The notes beneath the pieces are model-generated. The model had not been told where the DNA came from. It saw only the letters and a program-made list of their open reading frames with translations, and did not search any database. A program made the translations under genes and the position numbers. From Verrucomicrobiota bacterium (GTDB lineage Bacteria; Verrucomicrobiota; Lentisphaeria; Lentisphaerales; Lentisphaeraceae), in contig JBDKFG010000002.1 of the NCBI GenBank assembly GCA_039798785.1, positions 1 to 64,000 of the forward strand: a stretch of DNA of 64,000 nucleotides. The letters are read 5' to 3'. Of the stretch, positions 29,365 to 39,505 are shown piece by piece. The number at the start of each line of letters is the position of its first letter. The stretch's first letter is position 1.

Positions 29365-29430
29365 GACCTCCTCGCTCCCCGAGTCCCCGAGTTTGAATCA
29401 GCCCCGATCGCGCCGCCGACGTATAACTTA

Positions 29431-29458
29431 GGATGACGGATGACGAATGACGAAATGA
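29431..29458. repeat. Heptamer short tandem repeat
   Basis: GGATGAC GGATGAC GAATGAC GAAATGA. Confidence 0.7.
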
Positions 29459-29826
29459 TCCCTCCTCCGGTCCAAATACAAACCGAAGACGCGCAAGAAA
29501 GTCGGTCTCCCCAAGGGCAGCAAAAACGCCAAGAAAGACGTCGACGACAGGGCAAGCGACAAAACTGCCGCGCCCCAAATTGGGGACTGAAAACCCCATC
29601 CTGCTCGGCGTCAATTACCGCGCCAAGGCCGTGAAAGCCTGCACGACTACAGCTCATCATCCAATCGGCCGTGCGGCTGTGGTCAGAGAGACGCCGAGAC
29701 GCAGTGATTGACCGTTGACGCACCTCATAGCAGTACCTCCAACGAACTCCCTGCCTTTGGGGCAATCGCAGGTCAGGAGGTCCAGAAGCAGCTCGAAGCA
29801 CGAAGGTGCGGTCAATGTAGCATGGT

Positions 29827-30123
29827 TTATTTAGGGATTGAGGGGAGGTTTTCGAGGTTATCCTTATCCGTGGTATCTTTAGCGGTCTTCAGATATTGCG
29901 TTGTCACTGGGAATGGTCGCACGGACGCACCTCGCACCCACTTGCCTGCGGCATTGTTGGTGAATGTAGTGAATTCATCTCCCCTCTCCAGCATAGCAAT
30001 CACTTCTGCCCGAGTTAAGAGGGTCCTCGGACCATCCAGCCGATCCCCCAGATCTTTCATGACAAGGAGTTTATCAATGTGGTTGTTTTTGTAGTCAACT
30101 GCGATTACCGCGTACTTAGGCAT
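29827..30123 (-). CDS. DUF3892 family protein
   Basis: R.EVIAML..G..F.T ... YLKT..D....DNLENLP signature; GAGG RBS. Confidence 0.85.
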   Translation of the reverse strand: MPKYAVIAVDYKNNHIDKLLVMKDLGDRLDGPRTLLTRAEVIAMLERGDEFTTFTNNAAGKWVRGASVRPFPVTTQYLKTAKDTTDKDNLENLPSIPK

Positions 30124-30350
30124 ACATCTTCCTCATTTGATTCGCTCTGTCGCGTAGTTGCTCAGAGTCACAAGTCAACTTACCCCGTTTGAATTCATTG
30201 CATCCTTACAAAAGAAGGATACTTTCGTAATCCTTACATTACAATTTAGGAGACTCGCTGCCATGCACCTTATCCACTACCCCTTGTACCCCTTGTACCC
30301 AGCAAAAAATCGTCGCAACCGAAGAATCCGTAACCAGGAAAGGCGCTGAG

Positions 30351-31412
30351 ATGCGCCGGGAAATTCAAAACGAAGCCAGCATCCAACGCCTCCTGGATCT
30401 ACTCAATCTCATAGACTGCAAGGCCAGCACCGCCGAGCTGAAAGCCAAGATCGCCGAGGGCATTGAGATTCGCACTGTCGTCGAAGGCGCCACTTGGGAC
30501 AACCGAGTCGACCCACGCATCGCCCGTTATGTGATCGATCTCAAAGATGCACTTGAAGAGGCCTTTGACCTAGCTGGCACCGCCTACAAATTAGCTCCAA
30601 GCGAAGTTAAAGTGACCCTCGACAAGGGGAGCGCAGACACATCTTTCAAGGTTGAGGAATTCTTAAATAAGGCGGTAGACACGATGGGCCAAGACTACAC
30701 CCTTCTTGCGATCTTGGTGAACGCCCTCCTCATCATCGGAGGCTACTCTGTCGTCAAGATCCACGCACGCAACAAGGAAGCTGAGGAGAAAGCCTCAGAA
30801 GAACGGAAGCTCAAGGCGCAGCTTGAATCAGAAGAGCGCAAACTTCAAGTCCAAGCTGAATCGGACGAGCGCAAATTCAAACTGCTTGCCGAAGTCACTC
30901 ACAAGGCCTTGGATATGCAGCGTCCCTTGGCCAACCTAACCAGATCCATGGACGAGAATGACACCATCTACCTCCCAAGCAATGACACCCAACTCAATCG
31001 CAGCGTGGCCATGCAGGCAGTAAAAGTGCGCAAAGCCAAGACCAGCGCCTCCACCTACCACTCCGATGGCGTCTACAAGATTCTGGCCATGCACATCAAC
31101 CAGAACATCACCATCCAGAAGGATGAGCAGCCACCCGTCGTCGCCCGCACCGCGATCAAAGGGAATGAGAGGGAATACATCGACAAGAACTTTAAGCTCA
31201 ACAAGGACAACGGTCGCGAATTTGAGCTGAAGCTGCACGTGAACGTTGTACGTACCCCAACGGCGGTCAAAGAAATCGTCATCACCTCCTGCCTGAACGA
31301 ACCTCGAAAATCGAGCGTATCCTTCGCCGAAGCTATGGGACTCACTCCCCGAAGCAGCGATGAAGCCCAGGACGACAACGACTCGCAACTCACGCAACCA
31401 TCACTGTTTTGA
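30351..31412 (+). CDS. Hypothetical protein with TM + coiled coil, C-terminal QPSLF
   Basis: 353-aa ORF; central hydrophobic helix; 11-aa EERKL repeats. Confidence 0.7.
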   Translation: MRREIQNEASIQRLLDLLNLIDCKASTAELKAKIAEGIEIRTVVEGATWDNRVDPRIARYVIDLKDALEEAFDLAGTAYKLAPSEVKVTLDKGSADTSFKVEEFLNKAVDTMGQDYTLLAILVNALLIIGGYSVVKIHARNKEAEEKASEERKLKAQLESEERKLQVQAESDERKFKLLAEVTHKALDMQRPLANLTRSMDENDTIYLPSNDTQLNRSVAMQAVKVRKAKTSASTYHSDGVYKILAMHINQNITIQKDEQPPVVARTAIKGNEREYIDKNFKLNKDNGREFELKLHVNVVRTPTAVKEIVITSCLNEPRKSSVSFAEAMGLTPRSSDEAQDDNDSQLTQPSLF

Positions 31413-31458
31413 TTTGATTGATTCACCCCATACAACCACATTAAGAAGAAGGCCCACC

Positions 31459-32172
31459 ATGGAGATTAAAATCAAATCACCCTATCCGATTATTTTCAGC
31501 CTAATAATAGGAGGTCTGATTTTATTCCTTATTGGGATGAAGACTCTTAGCCCCGTCCTGATGTCACTTTCAGTTATTCCGTACCCACTGATTCTAATAC
31601 TGGTTATGACTACTAAACATAATCAGGCGGATAATAAATGGAGCATCACACTTGGCACATCGGCGGCCTTCATGACTATTATGATATTGATGCTGATGTA
31701 CCCGATGCTAATGGATATACACATTGGGAAAATCGATAAGCAGGGTCAATTTGGGGACCAGTTTGGATTTTTAAATACACTATTCTCAGGATGTGCACTA
31801 TGCGCACTAATACATACATTGCGCTTGCAAAGTGCAGAAATTAAAAACCAAGAAGATGAGTCCAAAAAGCAAGCCGCCTCGAATAAGTTTATGATGTTCA
31901 CAAAATTATTTGAAGATGTATACAAATCTCATGATGCTCAAATGTCTGCTACGCGGCCTGGCTCGCCTCTATCTGGTGGCATCACCCAAAAAACCATCAT
32001 GCGACTTTACGATATTCTTGAGGCAATTGCAGAAGACCCCGATTTGAAGCACCCTCATTTTGATAGAATTACGAAATTATTCATCTCTGATTATTGGAAT
32101 GGACTTCGTGAGATGGCGACACAAAAAAATAATTCTAGGATTTTACAGATTCTTGGCGATAAAAGAAGTTGA
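31459..32172 (+). CDS. Membrane protein with putative Abi-type GQFGD.FG.LN.LFSG motif
   Basis: 3-4 TM helices; motif typical of putative phage abortive-infection membrane proteins; low GC. Confidence 0.6.
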   Translation: MEIKIKSPYPIIFSLIIGGLILFLIGMKTLSPVLMSLSVIPYPLILILVMTTKHNQADNKWSITLGTSAAFMTIMILMLMYPMLMDIHIGKIDKQGQFGDQFGFLNTLFSGCALCALIHTLRLQSAEIKNQEDESKKQAASNKFMMFTKLFEDVYKSHDAQMSATRPGSPLSGGITQKTIMRLYDILEAIAEDPDLKHPHFDRITKLFISDYWNGLREMATQKNNSRILQILGDKRS

Positions 32173-32477
32173 TACCATGAGTCAAAGATGAACCTCCCAA
32201 ATCGCATAGCTGTCAGGCTCGCCATTCCGATGACTCGTAAAATAGATATAGTGGATGCAGCGGATGCATGCAGCGGTCGCCGTTTGTGGGATTTTCCTGA
32301 AGATTCTAGCAATCTCCTTCCCAAGCTTCGAAATCAATTCATCGATCCGCAGAAAAAAAATGGCACCTAGAATCTCCGCACTGAGCGTTGTTTCCTTACC
32401 CGCACAAAGACTCAGAAATGCCATACAAGAGGAAGCTCCTGGATCGCCTTAGTTAACACGCGGCCGGGTAACCGAGT

Positions 32478-32747
32478 CTAAGCCTTGGTGGGCAAAGCGT
32501 AATTACTGCCGCCTGATTGCATCGTTCGGGGATCTATACGGGCGATGAAGAACCTGGGAAGCTGCAGATGAGACAACTGCGTGAAAAGATGCTCTTGAAC
32601 CGGGATGTCGTGGCCATCGACACAAATCGTCTCATTGGGAAAGCAGATGCAGATGACGCCGGGATGTATGCTATAGAACTCACTGAAGCGGGCGCGGAAA
32701 CGATCGTCGCTCGTCGGGATGGGATAGGTGATCATGTAGTAGACCAT
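32478..32747 (-). CDS. Hypothetical small protein
   Basis: GAGG RBS; plausible composition. Confidence 0.45.
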   Translation of the reverse strand: MVYYMITYPIPTSDDRFRARFSEFYSIHPGVICICFPNETICVDGHDIPVQEHLFTQLSHLQLPRFFIARIDPRTMQSGGSNYALPTKA

Positions 32748-33437
32748 GAGGGACCTCTTGGTTTGTTAGGGTTGGATGCGCGGGGTGCGCATAAGATGGC
32801 CTCCAGGGCAGCTCTAGGGCGCGCTCTTCGGGCCGCGCCTGGGCGTCCTGAGCGAAGCAACCTTGCGCCAGCCGCGCTTGGGCGTCCTGGCGACTTTGGA
32901 CTTTCGAGCTTTCGATACCCACGCAACCAAAACCCAAAAACCTCAAAATCACGTGTGCGCGTAGGCGCCCGCCCGCGTTGGGGCATTTTTGAGCAGATGT
33001 GTGATTTCAGTATCGAAACATCTAAAGTTCTTATTATTAGGTGTTTGAAGTGATGGAGCTATGGCGTCGTACCAGGAACTGTCGTTGACGGTCGATTGAC
33101 GGTCGGGCAGATAGAACCCCGGCCTACGCAAAAAAGATCGGGGGGAAAGAGGGGGGCTCCGATCGGCGGTGGGGCGGGTTCCCGGGAGAGATGTGCACGC
33201 CATGCCGGACCAATGCACACATCGTAACTCGCTATGCTAGAAGAGGAAAGATTTCACACGAAACTATTTTTCAGAAATTTTTCGCTTGGGCGCTAGACAA
33301 GCTTTAAAGTGTACCTACTCTGGGTGGTGAGAGAGACCGAGGGGAAGCCACGGATATTAGCCTAATTCTACTGTGGCTCGAATTCTCCTTTTCATTGATT
33401 AAATCATAGAGGCCCCTCTTGTACTTCGTTTGGGAGA

Positions 33438-35291
33438 TTGACCATGGATATTGAGTATATTCCGCTGACTGCTGATATTGATACCTTGATTGCTAGCAGC
33501 GAGGAGGCTGAGCGCACGAGTGAGATCAATTTAAAGCTTTTGTACAGTAAGGATTCCATCAAAACTCTGGAATCCATTTTTGGTGAATCACAAAGAAACT
33601 TAGACAGCATCAAATTTAACCAATACACCTTTACCTCAGGAACGCCCAAATCATCCAGCGCAAAAAAGACATTTGGAATATCCAACATTGCGAAGCTCTG
33701 TCTTAACCGGGATTTTCGCGGCGAGGACATCGTTAAGTGCCCTATAACTGGCGGCCCTGATTTTGTAGCTTTATACATGTCTAGGTTTGGTCTAAACGAT
33801 CGATCTATGGCATTGGCTGCGATGAAGACAATAATCGCCAAGATAGCAGTTCCAGAGGAATCAATCAATACGTTACCTGTCGACAATCCATTCGACCAAG
33901 ACAAGCGCTTTTACAGAAGTGTAAAACTTAAAAATGATGAAGGCGTCTATAGAAATTACGGAGGTATCGGAATACCCATCTTAGCAACTTCAGGAGCTAG
34001 AAAAGACGATCCCAGAATAGCCGTTATTTTCGATGTAGCTGCGCAAGCAGACTCAGTTCAAGAAAATGACAAGTTTTTTTCGTGCTATGTCTTTGGTGAC
34101 CACGATCGCTTGGATGAAATGGATGCGAGCAGATTACTAAATAAGCGCGTCACTTATGTCATAAGCAGATCTCATGTCCATTGGCCGGAGCGCCTGGAAA
34201 AAGCCTTGAAATTTGGTCGGTACGCCAGCCATTTCTGCGATTTGACATTCTGTATGCACGAGCGCGATGGGGCGTTGCAGGAAATCGGCCGATGCGCGGA
34301 TCTTACAAAATTACTGGCTGCCGCCACAAGCCAAGGGCATTTACCAACGGAAATACCTAAGCCTGAAGTTGATACCAAGCCTGTCATCGAGGGCTTATGG
34401 CTGCCCGCCTCAAAGTTGATTCTCGCAGGCATAAGTAAAGAGACGAAATCGACACTTGGCTATAGCGCAGCCGAAGCGATCTCCGGCGGCGGGAAATTCC
34501 TTGGCCGTCAATGCAATGAATTAAAAGTAATGGTGGCGTTTTTCGAAATGTCAGAGAGTGAGCGTGAAATTCGAGGATTCGTTAGCGGGCGAAATTTAGT
34601 CATAAAGCAATATCATTCAATTAGAAACTCCTCACTTGCCGTTAAGGAAAGAGTGATTACGGGAATTATAGATGAGTGCATTAAGCTTGGTGTCAAGGTA
34701 GTGTTTTTTGATTCTTTATATAAAATTTTTAAGGAGCGAAGTGATAAGGAAATTGATCTTCTTATGAAACTATGTGACTGGGCCTCGGATAACGGAATCG
34801 CGACATGCTACCTGCATCATTTAAAAAGCAGAATGACACCTTCGGATACCTATAAGAGCAGGATAGCAGGCAGCGATATTCTTTCCAGAGACTTCGGTAA
34901 CTTCTTGTTTGTTAATAAAGAAAACAAGAAGAATCCAGATTGTAAGGCATTCACGGTGCATTACGATGGAAGATCAGGGCCACCTTGGATGATCCACACG
35001 GAGTTTATCGATGGACGTCACAAAGTGGTTGAAGGACAATCCATTCCCTCTAAAGGCTCGAAATCTAAAAAAAAAGACCTGACGACAGCTAAGGCGAAGG
35101 AGAGGCTCCTCAATATCGAAAAAACGCCTTTCTCCAGAGAAGATGCTTGTCTCGAAATTTGCAGGCCTGGAGATATTAGTGGGACGTATGCAGAAAAGAT
35201 CGTTCAAGATCTTGAGGACTCTGGTTTTATTGTATCGCCCACGAGATGCCCTAAAGCCTACCGGCTGACGACCCAAAGCAAAGCTGGTTAA
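33438..35291 (+). CDS. Replication-type protein with C-terminal AAA_25/RepA-like helicase domain and wHTH (degenerate Walker A)
   Basis: VIEGLWL...LILAGISKETKST, VFFDSL, YLHH, IAGS motifs; low GC. Confidence 0.7.
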   Translation: MTMDIEYIPLTADIDTLIASSEEAERTSEINLKLLYSKDSIKTLESIFGESQRNLDSIKFNQYTFTSGTPKSSSAKKTFGISNIAKLCLNRDFRGEDIVKCPITGGPDFVALYMSRFGLNDRSMALAAMKTIIAKIAVPEESINTLPVDNPFDQDKRFYRSVKLKNDEGVYRNYGGIGIPILATSGARKDDPRIAVIFDVAAQADSVQENDKFFSCYVFGDHDRLDEMDASRLLNKRVTYVISRSHVHWPERLEKALKFGRYASHFCDLTFCMHERDGALQEIGRCADLTKLLAAATSQGHLPTEIPKPEVDTKPVIEGLWLPASKLILAGISKETKSTLGYSAAEAISGGGKFLGRQCNELKVMVAFFEMSESEREIRGFVSGRNLVIKQYHSIRNSSLAVKERVITGIIDECIKLGVKVVFFDSLYKIFKERSDKEIDLLMKLCDWASDNGIATCYLHHLKSRMTPSDTYKSRIAGSDILSRDFGNFLFVNKENKKNPDCKAFTVHYDGRSGPPWMIHTEFIDGRHKVVEGQSIPSKGSKSKKKDLTTAKAKERLLNIEKTPFSREDACLEICRPGDISGTYAEKIVQDLEDSGFIVSPTRCPKAYRLTTQSKAG

Positions 35292-35386
35292 AAACTCGTC
35301 AACAGTAAAATGCGGCCTAGAATGTCCTTGCTGCGCGTCGTTTCTCTAGCTGTAGAAGGCGGCAGAATCGATGCTCAGAGGGAAGT

Positions 35387-35475
35387 TCTTGGATCGTCTT
35401 GGATCGTCTTGGATCGTCTTTCTCGGGCCTTGTAGCCCTTCCGCGAGCTTCCGACCCTCAGCGTCCCTCAGCGTC
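35387..35475. repeat. Two 10-bp tandem repeat sets
   Basis: TCTTGGATCG x3.4 (35387-35420); CCCTCAGCGT x2 (35455-35475). Confidence 0.85.
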
Positions 35476-36166
35476 TTAAGGAGAAACCACCCAACCAAGC
35501 AATGACGACTTCGGTATCTTTTATTCGGCGGCCTCTGGTGAGTTCAGGACATCCGGGAATGAGCACGATTCCACACAGGTGTCCTTTTTGTCCTGATTGT
35601 CCGATAGAGCTTGGAGCGATCTCGATACATACTTCACATCTACTTGCTTACAAGGTGATTACGAAAAAGGACATAAATCAGGACATCGCCGGCCTCTGCC
35701 CCAGCACCAGTTTACTATTGCCAGTCGATCAAGTATGTCATAAGTTGGCCGCGCCCTCCCAATGATTATCGAGCCAACTTCTACCCAACAGCCCATCTCC
35801 AGCGCAGCTGCTCCTAAACGCAGCTGCTCCTAACCGGGATATAGATCTTAAACAGAGATGAAAACAGAGGGCTCCCGATCATGGCGCAGGCGCCGCCCTT
35901 AAGGAGGTGAAAACCGTCTCGATCCGAAAACTGTAAAAAAGTGAAACAAGCGATTTTCCTAGGAAGAAAGCAGCGCTCTTGACGGGGGGAGCTAACGCCT
36001 AGAAGGCCCTAAAAACGCGGAGCTGAGGAAGCGTTCAGGATGAGCTTTTAAGGCTTCTAGAAAGCCGCGCCGGTCATCCCTCAAATCATCTAACATACTC
36101 TCGCTTACATGATAAAAACACTCAGCCACCCGGCGATGAAGATCACCGGATGACTGCGCGTCAGGG

Positions 36167-36919
36167 TTAACTAGGGAAGGGAGTCCAAGGCTGAGGATAA
36201 GAAGGAATCCTATGCGTGGAACCCCAGGTGCGTCCGTAACCACCGTAAGCTTCTTTGGTGCAACGTTTCGCGAGGTACATCGCTTGGATGCGGCAGTAAT
36301 AAAGGTACGCTTCGAACTCTACAGGGTGGTCAGTTCTCAACATGACACCGTGGCATTGTTGAGGACGCGGGAAGCGATAGGGCCAAGCAGCTTTCGGCCA
36401 AGCCCACTCATGCCCGTAGTGAACCAAGCCTTCCGGGTTGACCAGGCAATCAGGTTGCTCTTCCCACGGGAAAACCGGGAACTTCTGGAGGAAAAGACGC
36501 TTCGCCTCTAGGCTTAGGTAAGCGCCCCACAGTTCTTGGGCTTTAGCGAAGTGGCCGTGGATGTTTTGATTGATCCTGCCATCGAAGAGGAAGTAGACAT
36601 GGTAGTGCCCGTGTTGCACACGGTTGTGAGGGCTCGTCCGGGACTTGTTGCGCTCCCTCACCCAGAGGTGGAAGACCTTGCCGTATTTACGCTCGCGGTT
36701 TTGGAGGTAGACGCGCATGAATTCACTGAAGACGTCAGGTTCGTTATAGGCCTGGCCATCGTTAGGGAAATGGAAGTCTAAGCGAACGAATAAGTTACGT
36801 GGCCGGTAGTCGATGGCCGTTTGGAGGATGTCTTCGCTTTTATAGGCAATGTCAATGGTGATTTCGTTGGTGCTGGAAGGATCTTCGAGGTAGGCTTTAC
36901 TGGCGTGGTGGTAGCTCAT
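36167..36919 (-). CDS. YagK/YfjJ / inovirus Gp2 family protein (HUH-like)
   Basis: FVRLDFHFP, HLWVRE, HYHVYFLFDG, AMYLAK..TK, RTWGS; AGGAG RBS. Confidence 0.85.
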   Translation of the reverse strand: MSYHHASKAYLEDPSSTNEITIDIAYKSEDILQTAIDYRPRNLFVRLDFHFPNDGQAYNEPDVFSEFMRVYLQNRERKYGKVFHLWVRERNKSRTSPHNRVQHGHYHVYFLFDGRINQNIHGHFAKAQELWGAYLSLEAKRLFLQKFPVFPWEEQPDCLVNPEGLVHYGHEWAWPKAAWPYRFPRPQQCHGVMLRTDHPVEFEAYLYYCRIQAMYLAKRCTKEAYGGYGRTWGSTHRIPSYPQPWTPFPS

Positions 36920-37270
36920 GGTTGGCTCCTGGGTTAGACGGTTGGGTTGTTGGGATGACGGGAGATGAGGGCGGTTGGAGGCGGTGGATCGAAGGGGCGA
37001 AGAGGAGGGGGCCTCATGTTTAGTCTCCATTTTATGAGGTTGAGGTGGTTAAGGTTGGGAGGCTCTCTTTCAATGGTTAAGCTTGTTAAACTATTAGCAT
37101 GTAATGAAGGCATGCTAATAGATCTATTTATGTATGTAAGTAGTTGCTTCTAGTATTTATATACAACTGGTATAAGTATATATAAATATTAGTTAATACT
37201 ACAATAATACCCAAGCTTAAATAAGATAGAAATTTTGTGAACTTTAGTCTAATTTATGTTCTATGGAATC

Positions 37271-37292
37271 CCCCCTTGCACGAGGCAAGGGG
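37271..37292. terminator. Hairpin after the AAA gene
   Basis: CCCCTTGC-acgag-GCAAGGGG. Confidence 0.4.
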
Positions 37293-37303
37293 AGACGCCG
37301 AAT

Positions 37304-38077
37304 TCAGTCGTCCAAAGCGACCTCCTTGGGGACCAACTCAAAGTCTCCAGCTTCATTGATCGTGGTTAAGATTGGCCCAGACGACTTCATGCTTCTCAAG
37401 CTCAGACAGACGGAAAACACGCGACGATTTTTGTATTGACGGACAAGATGGTTGAGGATTATGATGCCATCGACCCAGCGAACAAGCGTCGAATGTCCAG
37501 CCACCGCACCCAGGGGGTTAACGGGATCGAACTTGGCATTTGAGGTGTGTTGCACCAGGAAGATGGTCACTCCATGGCTAGCGAGTTCCTTGCATGAGGA
37601 TAGCAAGATTTGAGTCTGCACTCGGCTGCGGTCAGATATAAGCCAAGATAAATTGTCGACAACCAACACCTTGAAGTCGTTTTCGAGCACATGATCCTTG
37701 ATCGCCTTGAGCGTGTATTCCAGCCTGAGTAGAGGGCTAGGCTCCTCAGATTGGGGACGCCTACTGGCCTGGGAAATCTCAGGGGTATCGGAGTTCATCA
37801 TTTGGCGCGAGCAGAAGTCTTCCTGTCTCAAGGCATCGTAGATCAGGGTCTTGGCCTGCTCCACGCGCTTGCTCCAGAGGAATCCGCCTGTGCTGAACTG
37901 CCGGGATAAGTGATTCTTAAATGAGGTTTTGCCAGATTTACTTGGTCCCAAAACCAGTATGATTTCCCCCTCAGTCACCAGATTTTCAATGAGTGGCATA
38001 GCCGCTTTGGGGGAAGATGCCGCCAAATTTTCGAAGCTGTCGTCCTGAGAAGAAGAGAGGTTTAATGATGTAGACAT
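37304..38077 (-). CDS. AAA_25 / RecA-family ATPase
   Basis: LIENLV...GPSKSGKTS Walker A; LVVDNL Walker B; VQH; AGHS. Confidence 0.85.
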   Translation of the reverse strand: MSTSLNLSSSQDDSFENLAASSPKAAMPLIENLVTEGEIILVLGPSKSGKTSFKNHLSRQFSTGGFLWSKRVEQAKTLIYDALRQEDFCSRQMMNSDTPEISQASRRPQSEEPSPLLRLEYTLKAIKDHVLENDFKVLVVDNLSWLISDRSRVQTQILLSSCKELASHGVTIFLVQHTSNAKFDPVNPLGAVAGHSTLVRWVDGIIILNHLVRQYKNRRVFSVCLSLRSMKSSGPILTTINEAGDFELVPKEVALDD

Positions 38078-38231
38078 GGTGTGTAAATTCCTGATTTTGT
38101 GATGTTTTTGACATTGATGAGTTTATGCATTTTTAGGTTTTCGGATTCGCCATCGGCACCTCCTTTGCTTGCTAGCTTGGACTGAGCTGGTGGGACAGCA
38201 GCGAGGTCAGAGCTGGCTTAGCCCAAGGTAT

Positions 38232-38978
38232 TCATGTAGCATCTTGATCTGCTTCCCATTCGACTGGCAAACAGGTTGGATTGAATCCTTCGATTGCAGA
38301 AGCACGCCAAGGCTGAGGGTAGGACCGTACCCCTTGCGTATAACTCCAACTTTCCTCGTTCTCCTCGAAGGCGTCGTCAGAATGGGATTTTACGAGTTGC
38401 ATCGCATGCACACGGCAGTAATAAAGACGAGATTGGAACTCCTCGGAGGATTCACGTGTAAGCATCACTCCTTCACACTGCTGAGGACGAGGGAAGGAGA
38501 AGGGCCACGCCCATTTCGGGAATTTAAATTCTTTCCCGCAGCTAACCAATCGTTTAGCATCCACAGGCCCAAGGTTGGCCTCCTTGCTTAGGCAGCTTCC
38601 CCACAGCTCTTCCGCCGCAGTCAGATGAGCTTGGATGTTTTGAGTGGTCTTGCCATCGTAGAGGAGGATGAAATTGCAGAAGCCACGGGGGCCACGGCCA
38701 CGGCGGGCTTTGACTCGCTCCCGCAAAGCGACGTGGAAGATCTTGCCGTATTCAAGTTCTTGGCTCTGAATGAAGGCTTGGGTGAACTCGTTAAAGATTC
38801 TGGCTTCGTCGCATTGACGGGGATCATCAGGAAACTGAAGGACCAGACTCCAACAGAAATTGTGGGGCCTCAGGAAGTTTGCTTCTTGAAAGACGTCGTC
38901 GACCTTGTCAGCATTTTGCGAGCACACAGAATCATGACAAGGAGCTTCGATGCTAGGGCTAGGGCTGGAGGTTTTCAT
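38232..38978 (-). CDS. Degenerate YagK/inovirus Gp2 paralog
   Basis: Shares FPRPQQC.GVML, LYYCR..AM, SYPQPW with 36167-36919 but lacks the HxH and catalytic Tyr. Confidence 0.7.
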   Translation of the reverse strand: MKTSSPSPSIEAPCHDSVCSQNADKVDDVFQEANFLRPHNFCWSLVLQFPDDPRQCDEARIFNEFTQAFIQSQELEYGKIFHVALRERVKARRGRGPRGFCNFILLYDGKTTQNIQAHLTAAEELWGSCLSKEANLGPVDAKRLVSCGKEFKFPKWAWPFSFPRPQQCEGVMLTRESSEEFQSRLYYCRVHAMQLVKSHSDDAFEENEESWSYTQGVRSYPQPWRASAIEGFNPTCLPVEWEADQDAT

Positions 38979-39070
38979 GGGTATTCCCTTCTTGTGTTGT
39001 GGGGATGAGTTGCGTTGGCGTTGGGTGTTGGATGGGGTGGAATAGGGGCGGCTTGCGCCCAAGGGGTGGC

Positions 39071-39505
39071 TTAGGATCTGTGGGGTGGCACCTCCTTGGC
39101 TCGTTTGGACTGAACTTGAGGAGGAGCAGAGGCAGAGAGATCGCCGCCTTGCTGGCGCGACTGGATGAAGCTCTCGACGGCGTGGCGTGACAGCCTAGTT
39201 GCACGTCCAATTTTAATTTTTGGGATTTGCTTTGTAGCGATGAGGGTGTATACGGAGCGTGTAGTAATCCTCAACGCTGCGGCCACGGCCGGCACAGTCA
39301 TCAATTCCATCGAGGGTTGCTCGGCCACGACAGGCCGGGTAGCCACACTGATCAGCTTTATGAGCCGATCCGGAGTGAGACCGGGGAAATCGTCTTGGGC
39401 GAGGGTGCAGAGGAGGAGGATGGTTTGCTGAAGCTCAGGTTTCATGAGTGGGTCCGGGAGTGTTGATGGCTCTATATTAGGCAGCCCCAAAACCGCGATC
39501 CCCAT
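39071..39505 (-). CDS. Excisionase-like HTH_17 protein (start may be 39445)
   Basis: LMTVPAVAAALRITTRSVYTLIATKQIPKIKIGRATRL signature. Confidence 0.8.
   Translation of the reverse strand: MGIAVLGLPNIEPSTLPDPLMKPELQQTILLLCTLAQDDFPGLTPDRLIKLISVATRPVVAEQPSMELMTVPAVAAALRITTRSVYTLIATKQIPKIKIGRATRLSRHAVESFIQSRQQGGDLSASAPPQVQSKRAKEVPPHRS

Larger units (their letters stand above)
33438..39505. mobile_element. Phage-satellite/integrative element-like replication module; integrase and att not seen
   Basis: Excisionase + YagK/Gp2 x2 + AAA_25 x2; low GC; boundaries approximate. Confidence 0.55.

Noticed and set aside
30278..30300. TACCCCTTG short tandem repeat
   Set aside because: Only ~2.5 copies with no supporting context; likely slippage
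33438..39505. Intact prophage or inovirus
   Set aside because: No capsid, terminase, Zot or integrase genes in the window
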